NCBI RefSeq assembly: GCF_016433145.1
Contig: NC_058133.1
Coordinates: 377,053,349 to 377,117,198 of the forward strand
DNA length: 63,850 nt
Direction of reading: 5' to 3'
From: Gracilinanus agilis
Taxonomy: Eukaryota
Part shown: piece after piece, positions 38,368 through 50,489 of the stretch
Layout: the number at the start of each line of letters is the position of its first letter
How positions within the stretch are numbered: the first letter of the stretch is position 1
Program-made: the position numbers and the translations under genes
Notes under the pieces: model-generated
Databases searched by the model: none
The model's input: the letters and a program-made list of their open reading frames with translations, nothing else
Told to the model about the DNA's origin: nothing

Positions 38368-38939
38368 AGTCAGTTACTGTTATTCTTTTGACTCATCTTT
38401 TATTATGGTAATGATGGAGAAAGATCATGACTGTTTAAGCCTTGCAAATAATCCACCCACATAATTATTTGGCTTTCAAAAGTTTTTGCTGATGAATCCT
38501 GGAAAAAAAGTCTATATTAAATTTTGTTTTGGTTGTTCAGCCATTTCAGTCATGTCCAGCTCTTTGTGACCCCATCTGGGGTTTTCTTAGCAGAGATACT
38601 GGCAGAGTTTGCTATTTCCTTCTCAATTCATTTTACAGATAAGGAAACTGTGGCCAACAGATTAAGTGACATGTCTAGGGTTACAGTAAATGTGTGAGGC
38701 TAGATTTGAACTCAGGTGTTTTTGACTTTAGGCCTTGGTGCTCTATCCAATGTACCACCTAGCTGCCCAATTTAAATTTTCCTCTTGTCCAACTGATTAT
38801 CAAAGCAATTTTTTACATTTTTGAGGAAGTTTCAGCATGTTGACTTTGGGATAAAGCTGAAAAAATTAGCCAGTCAGCTTTAAGTCAGTTACTGTTATTC
38901 TTTTGACTCATCTTTTATTATGGTAATGATGGAGAAAGA
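38368..38939 (+). repeat. Exact 57-bp direct repeat, copies at 38368-38424 and 38883-38939
   Basis: AGTCAGTTACTGTTATTCTTTTGACTCATCTTTTATTATGGTAATGATGGAGAAAGA is identical in both copies. Confidence 0.97.
38530..38770 (-). mobile_element. MAR1-type SINE (diverged)
   Basis: TTCAGTCATGTCCAGCTCTTTGTGACCCCATCTGGGGTTTTCTTAGCAGAGATACTGG..CCACCTAGCTGCCC. Confidence 0.85.
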
Positions 38940-39019
38940 ATGTCCTGGTTTATATTTGCTCAGTACAAAACCTAATAATGATTTTAAAATGATCTAATTA
39001 CTTTGAGCTACACAGAGAA

Positions 39020-39205
39020 GTGGTATAACTAGAACCTGGAAGTCCTGGTCTCAAGGTCTACTGCTAAAATATACCACAGATAAGTGACTAAAACTCTCCT
39101 GGTCCCCAGGTCACTCTCTAAGATTATAAATTGCAGATAAAAAGTTGATTGAATCAATGGATGGAATCTCCACACTGGGAGTTCCCATGAATGAAATCAT
39201 AGCCT
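39020..39205 (+). mobile_element. MamSINE1-like (RTE-related) SINE
   Basis: CACTCTCTAAGATTATAAATTGCAGA..GGGAGTTCCCATGAATGAAATCATAG. A similar copy lies at about 60335-60540. Confidence 0.55.
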
Positions 39206-39214
39206 ACATCACAT

Positions 39215-39788
39215 TGGTGAGATCAGATCATAACTAGGGTGGAGCAGAAAGGTTTCTGCCAATAAAATCCCAACTTCAGAGGGCAATGATAACACTTCAA
39301 CACATAGAAGCCACTAAGTTTATGGTTTCCTTAGTAAAAATTAATAATTAAAATAAGAAGCTACCAATGGCAAGCTTATTCTACAAGTGAGTTCCTCCTT
39401 GGGCCAATCCCACTCACTTGTCTGCCATAGCTTTAAGGTTCCTGGTGTTAACAAGGATTAATGTATGCTCAGAACTTCTCTAATGGCATCTCCTCATGTG
39501 GAGATGTCAAGGAGTCTCATTAAGGAGAGTCGTGATGACACAAGACAGAAGTGCCTTGGAGAGACATTGAAGCATGCATAGACATCCTACAACCACTTCT
39601 AATTGATTAACCCTAAGATGAATAAGAGATTCTGATTGGCTATAGAGCCATTCAAAAAGGATTAGTGACTAGGGCTTCAGTTATTTTACTCCTCAGCTGG
39701 GTTCTTGCTAGATCTTTTGGGTTCCTTCACTGATGGCACCTCTTCTTGAACTTTATTGTCTTTCTTGATGTTCTTCATCAAAATTACA
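39215..39788 (+). mobile_element. LTR-like segment (old)
   Basis: CCAAT-like GATTGGC, TATA-like stretch, ends ..ATTACA. No TSD found. Confidence 0.3.
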
Positions 39789-40599
39789 GGCTCTTTTATT
39801 TATTATTTTAAATAATATCATATATATTATTTGTTATTGTAAGCTCTTGATGTCTCTCATCAAGGTTTTAAGAGGTAGGGACTGTCTTGCCCCTTTTCAT
39901 GTCCCCAGCACTTAGTAAAGTGCCAGTCACACAGTAGGCACTTAAATGCTTATAGATTGATTAATATATGCCATTCCATGTCCTTCTTTGTGCCTTTGCA
40001 CTGGCTGTTCCCCAGGCTCAGAAAGAAACTCTCTGCCCCTCAATCCTTACCTAAGTACTAGTGTCTTTTCCTGATAAATTTAAATATGTATTTATTTCAT
40101 AGGTATTTCATAGTTATTTTTTCCTCCCACCAAAAAGATTCCCCCCCTTTGCCCTTAAAGTAAAAAACCATTTCATTTTTGTCAGTATATAGTATTGCAG
40201 ATGCTTCATATAATGCTCAAATGCCTAGCAGACACAAATATTTGTTGAATGATTCTAGTAGAATGAGTGTCAAGCTTTTTGACTTATGTACTGGGAAAGA
40301 TTTATGTCCTGATGACATTTGGAAGAGAACCACTTTTTTATGTATTAAATTATTCTCCTTTTTCTCATACATATTGGTTATGTTACCTTGGACAAGTCAC
40401 TTGTGGAGTGCTTTAGTCAGATCTCCCAAACTAGAAGTTGCAGAAACCAATCTGACATGCTTTGGTAGAGAGATTTTCTTCACCTTGTATTTCTCTATGT
40501 CAACAGAATCACAGATACAACTCTTAATCCCTAAATTATTATAGTCTCTAAATTTTTGTTTCCTGGGAGAAAATTCTGATTAAACTACTATAGTTATAG

Positions 40600-41213
40600 A
40601 TCTGTGCTACATGAGTAAAAACATAGTGCTCAGAAGGAGAGAGGCGAAACTCCCACTATGCTCTAGTTAAACCACAACAGGCTGTCTGATCCATAGGTTG
40701 GGAGGATTAAGCTCAGGATTACCCTTTGTTCTACAGAAACAACTTCATTCTCCTTATTACCATTAAAGTTTTGCCCAAAAGGAATAGTGTTTCACCTGTT
40801 GCCCTCAGATGTACCAACCCACCAGAAATGGCTTAATTTGCATGATAAGATAAATTAATTTGAGTGTAGGAATAATACAGACATAAAACCTATTTATCTC
40901 AAACCCCTTTGAAACTTTTTGCTATTAAGCAGTCATGTATCTGGATGGTTGAATCCTGGGAATAGCTGATCCTTTATATCTGATAACCACAGCAGTGTTA
41001 AATCCCAAAGATCTCTTATACACAGTGTGGATAGATAAGCTACCAAGTTCAAAGTAACATATGTACTCCTTCCCATTTAGCAAATAAGGCTTTCAGATCT
41101 CCCAGAGGGGCTGTGATTTACACCTACAAAGGTGATATTGATGACTATATGGGATTCTGCCTTCTGATCAATAAAACCTTTGTAACTTTCCTCCAGCAGA
41201 TTTCCCTGTTACA
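40600..41213 (+). mobile_element. LTR-like segment (old)
   Basis: TATATGGG..AATAAA (about 41170), ending TGTTACA. 5' boundary and TSD unresolved. Confidence 0.35.
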
Positions 41214-41878
41214 CAGTATGTAGATATTCTCCTATTTATCTTCCCTAAATATAGGCACTGATATTCTTTGTCAGTGATCCCTTAGAATTCCTCCATTAAA
41301 GGTATATTTGAATTTTCACATTTTAGCTGTGATTTGATTATATTTGCTAATCCTATCTAGGGTAATCAATGAATACTTGATGGTTTATTTTTCAGTCTGG
41401 AACAAGAATAAGTCAGGAGGTTTCTTGAAGGCAATTTATTAGGGACAAGGTTCAATTTGGGGTTTCATAAAACAAAGTTGTCACTATAACTCATTTTCCC
41501 ATTGTTTTAGGGGCAACTATGGTTGAAAAAATGTAATACTATATACTGCAATTCCTGAGCCCCCATTGATATAGTGCACATTTAAAAAATCAGCAAGCTG
41601 AACTCAACTAAAGTTTAATCAGAAACATTTACTAAGTAGAAAGCAAAACAAGAATAACAGTGTATAACTGTTAACCCTTAAAGACCAAAGAGGAATAGTT
41701 ATCCTGTACCTCTGAAAATCAAAGAGTCACAGGAGCCTTGAAAACCCAAAAGAGCCATAGTATGCACAGCAAATTTATTTCCTTTAAAAGAGAGAATTCA
41801 TGTTAAGTTTTGGGTAGAGCTAAGCCAGGGAGAAGGAAGAGGTAACAAGTTTAATAGTGTTTTTTAGGAAAGAGGGGA

Positions 41879-42521
41879 TGGGATCTCTGGGATTAGGGGA
41901 AAAGGCAGAAACTTCTATGTAGGACATTTGTCAATAGCTTGGAATGTTGATCAGGATGTGACTCCAATAAGATAGAGGAAAATAGCCTTGTCTTGTGCAG
42001 GAACACTGCAGAATTGTAATGGGCAAAGGCCAAGGACCTCCATGGAGCAAAGCTCTGGAGGACACAGACCTTCAATTAAACCAAGGCCATAGCTCAGCTG
42101 AAGTTAGACATGTAGTTCACTCCTCACCTGAGGCTCCCAAATCCCTCCTTTCCACCCCTCCTGCTGTAACTGAATGTTCTTACAAAACTACTGCTGTATG
42201 CATTCTCTAGGAACCTGGGTTAGATGGTTACATATTGACATATTGATTTATTAGCCTATAGAAAACTCTGTCTAGATTCGATGAGATAAACCAAATCCAT
42301 TGCACCACCTTGTAAATCATTACCTTGTCATTATGTATGTGAAAGTTTAGCTAAGTTCTCAGCTTGTTTCAGGCTCTCTATAAAATAGAATCCACCATCA
42401 ATAAACTTTGCCATTGATTAGCAATCAGCTTGTCTCTGGTCCTCCTGATCCCAAGGACATTTCTCATGCCCCCACCTCATCTTTGGGACCTTTCAGTAAT
42501 CTGTGTAAGCAGGATCCATCA
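41879..42521 (+). mobile_element. ERV LTR, probably a 3' LTR preceded by a polypurine tract
   Basis: AGGAAAGAGGGGA immediately before TG. TATAAAA at 42379, AATAAA at 42400, ends CA. Confidence 0.55.
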
Positions 42522-42649
42522 GGCTCTTCATAGAGTTATTTCCAGGGCATGCCTTACTGCCTTGGCAGGCTAATTCTGATATTCTAATACAATTCTAAAG
42601 CCATAGAAACCTTTTAACCATTGATATAACATTTTATCCCTATACCTTT

Positions 42650-42890
42650 TTTCAGTCATGTCTGACTCATTGTGACCTTATTTAGGATTTTCTTGGCAGA
42701 GATAGTAGAGTGGTTTGCCATTTCCTTCTGCATCTCATTTTACAGATGAGGAAACTGAGGCAAATAGGGTTACAAACTTGCCATGAGTCACATAGCTAGT
42801 AAGTATCTAAGGTCAGATTTGAACTCAATAAGATAAGTCTTCTTAACTCCAAGACTGGCCCTTTACCTACTGTGCCACCTAACTGGCCGC
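42650..42890 (-). mobile_element. MAR1-type SINE
   Basis: TTTTCTTGGCAGAGATAGTAGAGTGGTTTGCCATTTCCTTCT..TTACAGATGAGGAAACTGAGGCAAA. Confidence 0.85.
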
Positions 42891-43089
42891 ATTTTTCAAA
42901 CAGAGAATTAAGATGTATTTTAGGTTATATAGCCTAATAGCCCCTTTTTGAGGAATTACCTCAAAAAGGTTGTTTCTTGTTTGAGAACTAGTTAATAGCA
43001 GTTTCAATATATAAATCTAAATCCTTTACATTAAATCCAACATCCTTTTAAAATTTGATGACTACTCCTACCCTACACAATTGCTTCAG

Positions 43090-43680
43090 TACTGTACAGT
43101 ATGGAAAATACTATTTAAAAGCCCTGGAATCTGAATCCATGAATTTTAGTGGCTCTTTATTAGCTCCAGGATCAAATATACAATGTTTTGTTTGGCATTC
43201 AAAGCCATTCATGATCTTCCTTCCACCCACTCCCTTCCAGGCTTCTTACATCTTATGCCTCTCAAGTATTCTATGATCTAATGACACTGGTCTCCTTGCT
43301 GTTCCTTAAACAAGATGTTCAATTTACTGACACCAGGCAATTTCAATGGCTATTTACAATGGCTAGAATTCTCTCCTTCCTCATCTCTACTTTATGGATT
43401 CCCTGGCTTCATATAAGTCCCAGGAAAAAAAAATCTTACCTTCTAAGAGAAATATTTCCTGAATCTCCTTAAGAATATTTCTGATTATTTCCTTTGTTAT
43501 TTATTTCCAATTTATACTTAACACAGCTTGTTTTTACTCAATTGTTTGTGTTGTCTCTCCTATTAGACTGTAATCAACTTGAGAGCAGGAATTGCCTTTT
43601 ACTTTTTGTTGTCTCCTCAGAGTTTAGCGTAGTGCTCATAACATGATAGGAGTTTAATATATATATTTAATGACTAACCA
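43090..43680 (+). mobile_element. L2 LINE 3' fragment
   Basis: TTTGGCATTCAAAGCCATTCATGATC..GACACTGGTCTCCTTGCTGTTCCTTAAACAAGA..GAGAGCAGGAATTG tail. Confidence 0.75.
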
Positions 43681-44078
43681 TAAAAAAATCTGTAGAAAAG
43701 AGTTTTTAGTCTCTTTCCCCTCCCATTCTCTGGGAACCTGTTAGTTCCTCTATTGTCCCCTTCTTTTCCCACTTTTAGAAGTTGGTACATTTCTGTTAGA
43801 TTCCATCTATTGATTTTCTAATCCAAACAAATATTGGACTAATAGCAGAAAAATCAAGAAGTCAAAAGAGAACTCAGTAATCATATAATTCCACTTCTAC
43901 TTAAAATAGAGATCTCATTAAAGATGATTCTCAATTTTATAGGTAAAGGAGAGATTGGATCATTGATGTAGACCTAGAAGGGACCTGAGAGGTCATCTGG
44001 GCTAATTATCTCATTTTTCAGATGAATAAGTTAAAGCCTAGCTAGACAAGATCACATCACTAAGAAATATCAGAAGCA

Positions 44079-44262
44079 GGGGGCAGCTGGGTAGCTCAGT
44101 GGAGTGAGAGTCAGGCCTAGAGACAGGAGGTCCTAGGTTCAAACCCGGCCTCAGCCACTTCCTAGCTGTGTGACCCTGGGCAAGTCACTTGACCCCCATT
44201 GCCCACCCTTACCAATCTTCCACCTATGAGACAATACACCAAAGTACAAGGGTTTTAAAAAA
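44079..44262 (+). mobile_element. Young SINE1_Mdo with a 17-18 bp TSD
   Basis: Nearly identical to the 27761 copy. AAGAAATATCAGAAGCA lies on both sides. Confidence 0.95.
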
Positions 44263-44423
44263 AAGAAATATCAGAAGCAGAAGTTGAACATAGGTCCTCT
44301 GAAAAGAGCCAAGACTGATTCCTCCAACAGGGAATATGAGACTATTAATATTCAAATGTCTATTGCCCCTAGAGATGAGGGAAGTAAATATATGATACTA
44401 GATAGTAGCTTTTCCTTTCCTAG

Positions 44424-44480
44424 AATAAATGGCCTGAGAGAACACACTGAGACAAATAACTCACAAGACATATATCTAAG
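44424..44480 (+). other. Candidate 57-nt exon
   Basis: CTTTTCCTTTCCTAG acceptor and AAG|GTGAGT donor. Phase 2-2 frame INGLREHTETNNSQDIYL is open. Peptide unrecognised. Confidence 0.25.
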
Positions 44481-45756
44481 GTGAGTGCTATAGCATTAGG
44501 CTCTCTGAGTTCCTTATTTTGCTCTCGGTTCCTTAAGTGAAGATTGTTCCAGTGTGTGAGGTCAAGAGAAAGCAGGGAAAGAGATGTCCTAAACACTTCA
44601 TATGAACAGAGTAGCTCACTGCTTCCTTACTCTAGTAGGGTCTTCTTTGGGCAACTGTAAGAAATAAAAAGAAAATTATCTGGACCATAACACCAAACTG
44701 AAGAATCCAACTTTATTTGTGAATAAATATAGTTAGAGATCTCGCCATGGCCAGCCTGTGGCAAAGACCTCATTTAGAGATTCAACAGTTTGTTTTTATA
44801 GACTTTTGACAGTTAATTATCATCAGTGATTAACAGGACCAGCTATTCAGAGCATATTAGAAACATGTTATAACACTTTCTGAGAGTTAATAAAGTCTAG
44901 TACAAAGTTAAGATAAGATGTAGCGTTAAACATTTTTTTAATCCTATAATATCCTAGCACCATCACACTGACTCTGGGAGAAGGCTTAAAGATAAATCAG
45001 AGGAACCTATCTTGGACGTAAAATTCTGAGGAGCTTCTTATGAGTATAAATCTTCACAGGATCAAATAACACCTGGACAAAACAAGACTGTTTTCCTATT
45101 ACTTCATTAGGACAACAATTCCATCTGTGCATTCATCATTCCAAATGAGCACAGCTCATCCCCTGCAGCATAAGTTATAGCTTCCCTAGATTACTGAAAT
45201 TTTATTCCTCCACCAGGAACTCACAATTAGTTGCTCTTAAATTCTAACACACTAATATAATTAATATTCTCCTTAGATATTATTATACTTATACACAATT
45301 TAATAACTAGGACTAACTTTTTCAACATCATAGTTGCAGGTGCCTAACAAAGGATTGTATATATATATATGTATACACACATATATATAACATCACTTCA
45401 TTTATGATTAATAATATAAAAACCATAAAGACAAGTTCCTTTTCATAACACAGAGCTCTTAGTGTAAGGAAAGGGTACAAGCCTTCCTCTGGAGTTAGTT
45501 TTTCTCTGAGCCTCAATTTGTGAGTATATATGCCTTTGTTTAATTGCCTTGCAGTCTGATTTTCCTCTTTCATGGTAAATGAGCGATTCTTGGATGGCTA
45601 CTTTTGCATGAGCTTCCTTATCCATTTTTAGCTCAGAGGATCTAGAAGGTGGACATATCACATGGTTTCCTTGTTGGAAGGTAACCTACTAAATACCTCA
45701 AGTCATTTATTGACATCAGATAAATAATTGGGTGTACTTATGAAGAATTCTCATTG

Positions 45757-45962
45757 GGGACGGCTAGGTGTCTGAATGGCCTGAGAGTCAGACGTAGAGA
45801 TAGGAGGTTCTGGGTTCAAATCTGGCCTCAGACACTTCCTAGCTGTGTGAACCTGGGCTAATCACTTGACCTCAATTGCCTTACCACTTTTCTGAATTGG
45901 AATCAATACATTTTTTTGATTGAATTGATTTTAAGATGAAAGGTAAGGGTCTAAAGAAAAAA
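45757..45962 (+). mobile_element. SINE1_Mdo-like SINE (older)
   Basis: Head, B-box, CORE and tail. Confidence 0.82.
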
Positions 45963-46637
45963 GAATTATCATAGATTTAGTGTTCGTAGGGCTCTTGGAA
46001 GTATTCTAATCCCACCTTTCCCATTTCTCCCAATTTTACAGATAAGGAGATTTATTAATGATAATAATGTGAATTTTACCAAACATTTAAAGGTAATATA
46101 ATTCCAATATTAAATAAATTATTTGGGGAGGGGGGGCATATGAAAGGGAGGAGGAAAAAAAGAATAAGACATAGAATTTTGAACATAATTGAACATATTT
46201 CTTTTGGATAAGCATATTTATTATAATTTATAACAAATCATACATATAATATTATTGCTATGTTACATATTATATATAAAATAAACAGTAGTTATAATAA
46301 TAATGTTTATATATTATTTTAATGCTTGCAAAGCACTTTACATGTATTAGTTCATTTAATTCTCACAAGATAGGTGCACCACCTAGTTGGTGAATTTAAT
46401 TCCCTGGCCATTAAAAACTTAATAATGGGGCTTGTGACTGGGAGAAGTCAAAAAAAAGAAAACCAAAGGAAAAAAGGAAAAAAAATCTGAGTTGTGGATT
46501 GTTCCTTCCTATGTTACTAACATAACCATAGTACTATACCTAGTGAAATGTGTTAGACTAACTTATATTTGCACTGTCTATATTATATTTATATATAGCT
46601 ATTTGAAAATCATCTTCTATAATATAATGAGAGCTCT

Positions 46638-46810
46638 TTGGGGCAGTGAGGAAGCATAGTAAATAGAGTTCCAGGCCTGGAGTCAGGAGGACCTAGGTTA
46701 AAATCTGACCTCAGACAGTTCCTAACTGTGTGACCCTGGGCAAGTCTTTTAACCTCAATTGCCTAGCCTTTGCCACTCTCCTAAGACAGAAAGTAAAGGT
46801 TTAAAAAATA
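46638..46810 (+). mobile_element. SINE1_Mdo-like SINE (older)
   Basis: GGGGCAGTGAGG..CCAGGCCTGGAGTCAGGAGGACCTAGG..CTAAGACAGAAAGTAAAGGTTTAAAAAA. Confidence 0.82.
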
Positions 46811-46887
46811 AATCAATATATTAAAAATAAAAAAGAATTTGAGCTCTTTAGAGACATGGTCTTTTCCTTTGTGTAGTGCTAATTATA

Positions 46888-47175
46888 GATACCTAAGACT
46901 TGAGCCTGGGTGACTGACAGGTTGAGGATGTCTTCAACAAGATTAGGGAAATCTGGAATTTGGAGAGAGCAAATAAATGTGTCTTCTCATGTTGTCAGTT
47001 TTCAGATCCTGTTGTTTCTTCCCTCAATATGTCTTGCATATCTTCTCCTTCCTGTCTATTCCAATATCTGTCACCTTAAAGAAGGTCTTTATTACCTCAA
47101 GCCTGGCTTAATTTATAGCTTTGCAACTGGTCGTTTGGATTTTAACCCTGGCGGCCACAATGAATCCTGAACAAT
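46888..47175. mobile_element. L2 fragment with an internal inversion
   Basis: 46888-46968 matches L2 on the minus strand (..CAGTCACCCAGGCTCAAGTCTTAGGTATC). About 46990-47175 matches the next L2 consensus segment on the plus strand. Confidence 0.55.
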
Positions 47176-47555
47176 GACGACTGAATCAGTCTTAAAAGAC
47201 AACAGCTACCATCATATCATTCTTTTGTTCATAAACTTTCAATGGTTGCTCATTTCTCAGCGACTTTCCTTGCTTATAAATCTTTATCATTTCTTTGCTG
47301 AGAGTCAGTATGGCATAATAGATATTTAAAGAGCCATCTTCAATGACAAGAGGACCAGAATTTGAACTCCTCCCCACTTCTTTGACATATCCTGATTGTG
47401 AGATCCTCTCTGAGCAAATCTCTTTACCTCTCCACGCTCTAGACAATATTCTAAGACTATAAATTGCACAACACTTGCCAATCTACAAATAGCAAAGGTA
47501 TTTTCTCCAAAAAGAAATCAAATCAAATCATATTCTTCTTAAAAAATAACAAAGC

Positions 47556-47755
47556 TGGGCAGCTGGGTAGCTCAGTGGATTGAGAGTCAGGCCTAGAGAT
47601 GGGAGATCCTATGTTCAAATCTGGCCTTAGACATTTTCCAGCTGTGTGACCCTGGCAAGTCACTTGACCCCCATTGCTTACCTTTACCACTCTTCTGCCC
47701 TGGAACCCATACACAGTATTGACTCCAAGACAGAAGGTAATGATTTAAGAAAAAA
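47556..47755 (+). mobile_element. SINE1_Mdo-type SINE with TSD
   Basis: Flanked by AAAAAATAACAAAG on both sides. Confidence 0.9.
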
Positions 47756-48300
47756 AAATAACAAAGAATATCTCTTCACTAGCCCATTTTTGATGATAAT
47801 TTTTCAAGGCTCTCCATAATATAGCCCCACCTTCCCTTATTTCTTACCATTTCCCAACATAGACACTTCATTTTGTTTGGTTTATTATTGTCCTACAAAT
47901 ATGCTAATCTTCTTTACCTGGCAGGAAGGTAAGCATTAATTAAATGGTTTGCCACATGCCAACAGCAAAGTTCTGTGACACAGAGAAGTGCAAATGGCAG
48001 TCCTTGCCTTTTGGAGCTTTTAAGGAGCTTACAGTCTTCCAGCCCACACAAATTTCTGTGACTATTAAAAATTCCAAGTCTAGTGTCTGGATAAGAAAAT
48101 AAATTTATTTATCAAGCTAGCAATAACCAATAAATTAATGGTCAGTGATTCTCTTGTTAACCAGAAGCCACGAAGTCTTCTCATGTAGATCCATAAATAC
48201 AGTTTTGGGATCTCATTTTTCATCCTCTCCCTTGTTCATCTCAAGACATCTCTAATGGATAAATTTAGTCAATGAGGAGGTGGTTCATCAAAACTCTCTT

Positions 48301-48490
48301 GGGGGCAGCTGGGTAGCTCAGTGGAGTGAGAGTTAGGCCTAGAGGTCCTAGGTTCAAACCCGGCCTCAGCCACTTCCCAGATGTGTGACCCTAGGCAAGT
48401 CACTTGACCCCCATTGCCCACCCTTACCAATCTTCCACCTATGAGACAATACACCGAAGTACAAGGGTTTAAAAAAAATAAAAAAAAAAC
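48301..48490 (+). mobile_element. Young SINE1_Mdo with TSD and a 7-bp internal deletion
   Basis: Flanked by AAAACTCTCT. GGCCTAGAGGTCC here versus GGCCTAGAGACAGGAGGTCC in the sister copies. Confidence 0.93.
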
Positions 48491-49129
48491 TCTCTCCTTC
48501 CCATCCCCTGGGTGATGGTTGATAGTTATGTACATGGTCCTGTGCCCCGGTGTTTAGGGGGAGAAACTGAGTTCTGTCTGGTTAGGAGTGTCCTTCTGTA
48601 ATGTTTCTTAATGAGAGATTCAAGACTTAGTTCTGCTGTTAGTAGTAATTCCTGGTCTAAACTAGTTCTTATTTACTGAGCAAGATGAACCCATACTCTC
48701 CTGTTTCTGTTTACAGGGCTCTAGGGTAAGTCATTCCTTGAAGTTCCTAGGAATGAAGGAATAAGTGCAGAGGTCAAGGAAGTGATTTGAGTCTCTAATT
48801 AAAAACCCAGATTTAGAAATAATTCAATATATTAAAAATAATCGTTTCATCTCTCTCCTCAGAACTTCAATGGCATCTATTTTCAGGACTTTTCCATCAG
48901 ACACAATTATTTGTATATTATAAAATGTTAATACTTGTTTCATTTGTATGTATGCATATTTTTATATATCTATGTATATCTAAATATATTTATAATGATT
49001 ATACTTTATATTATTATATTAGCAATATTAATTATACTTCATTATTAATAATTAAATGAAAGGAATCAAATATTAAGTAAATCAGCTAAAATAATTATTA
49101 ATAATATCAGCATTTTTATTGTTCCATCA

Positions 49130-49365
49130 TTCCAATTGTGCTGTCTTTTCATGATTCCATTTAGATTTTTCTTGGCAAAAAACTTGAATGATTTGTCATT
49201 TTCTTCTCTAGTTCATCTTATAGACAAAGAACTGAGGCAAACAGGGTTAAGTGGCTTGCTCAGAGTTACAAAGTTAGTAGATGTCTGAGACTGGATTTGA
49301 ATTCATAAAGATGAGTCTTTCTGACTCTAGGCTCAGAGCTCTCTCCACTGTTTCAACCTGCTGCT
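49130..49365 (-). mobile_element. MAR1-type SINE
   Basis: TTTTCTTGGCAAAAAA..GAACTGAGGCAAACAGGGTTAAGTGGCTTGCTCAGAG. Confidence 0.82.
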
Positions 49366-49555
49366 CTAATATCAATGTTATTATGATATATACTATTGTA
49401 TAATATTATTATGCTATATATACACATATACCACACATACACACACAAATATACATATGTGTATTTTTTTCCATGCTTAACCACAGTATGAACCAAGGAC
49501 TATGCTCTCTATTTTTATCTTAGAGTGCCTAAAACAGCTTTTAGGAGGTACTCAA

Positions 49556-49815
49556 TAGGGCTGCTAGATGGTGCAGTGGATATAGTATAGCCCCAGGCTT
49601 GGAGTTAGGAATATTTATCTTCCTGAGCTCAAATCTGGCCTCAGACATTTAGTAGCTGGGTGACCCTCAGCAAGTTACTTACCCCTGTTTCCATCGGTTT
49701 TCTCATCTGTAAAATGAGTTGGAGAAGGAAATGATAAACTACTTCAGTACCTTTGCCAAGTAAACTCCAAATGGGCTCATAAAGACTCAGACATGACTAA
49801 AACGAATGAACAACA
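49556..49815 (+). mobile_element. MAR1-type SINE
   Basis: GCTAGATGGTGCAGTGGATA..GAGTTGGAGAAGGAAATGATAAACTACTTCAGTACCTTTGCCAAG..GACTCAGACATGACT. Confidence 0.85.
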
Positions 49816-50029
49816 TCAGGCACTCAATAAATACTTGTTGAGATAATTAGAAAAGCAATTACCAAATGCTTACCATGGGACTATCACTCCATTAGGTTTT
49901 GGGGTTGTAGAGACAAAAAACGAGACCCTCAAGGGGTATACCTACTACTAGAGGAAAACATATATATGTGTATGTATGTATACATATATACATATATTTG
50001 TGTGTGTGTGCATATATATGTAAATGTAG

Positions 50030-50430
50030 GATCTACACAAAATAAAGCAAATGAAAGGGAATGGTAGAAGTAACAGCTAGGGAATTAAGTAAATCCTATT
50101 GTAGGAAGTGACCCTTAATCTGAACCTTGAAGGGAACTAGTAGTTCAAAGAGGTAGAGATAAAATGGAAATGTATTCCAAGAATGGGATAAAGTCTATGA
50201 AAATTCACTGAGATAGGAGATAGAATATTTTATATGGAGAATAGTAAAATTCAGTTTGGCTGGCAGATAGAGTAAATGAGGGGAAGGAATGTGTAAATAT
50301 CCTGGAAACATAGCATGCAGTCAAATTGTGAAGGGTTTTAACTACTAACTCAAAAAATTTGTATTTAATCCTAGAGTCAATAGGGAGTCAATGAAGGTTC
50401 TGGAGAAGAGTAGTGACAGCATGTGTTAGG
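50030..50430 (-). mobile_element. L2 LINE fragment
   Basis: CTGAACCTTGAAGGGAAC..CAAATTGTGAAGGGTTTTA..AATCCTAGAGTCAATAGGGAGTCA. Confidence 0.7.
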
Positions 50431-50489
50431 AACAATATACTAATACTGATACAAGATATATCAGTAACTTTGCCTTAAAAGGTTAAGAT

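Noticed and set aside
46910-47170. Protein-like frames (VEDVFNKIREIW.., and the 86-aa ORF)
   Set aside because: Explained by L2 fragments on both strands.
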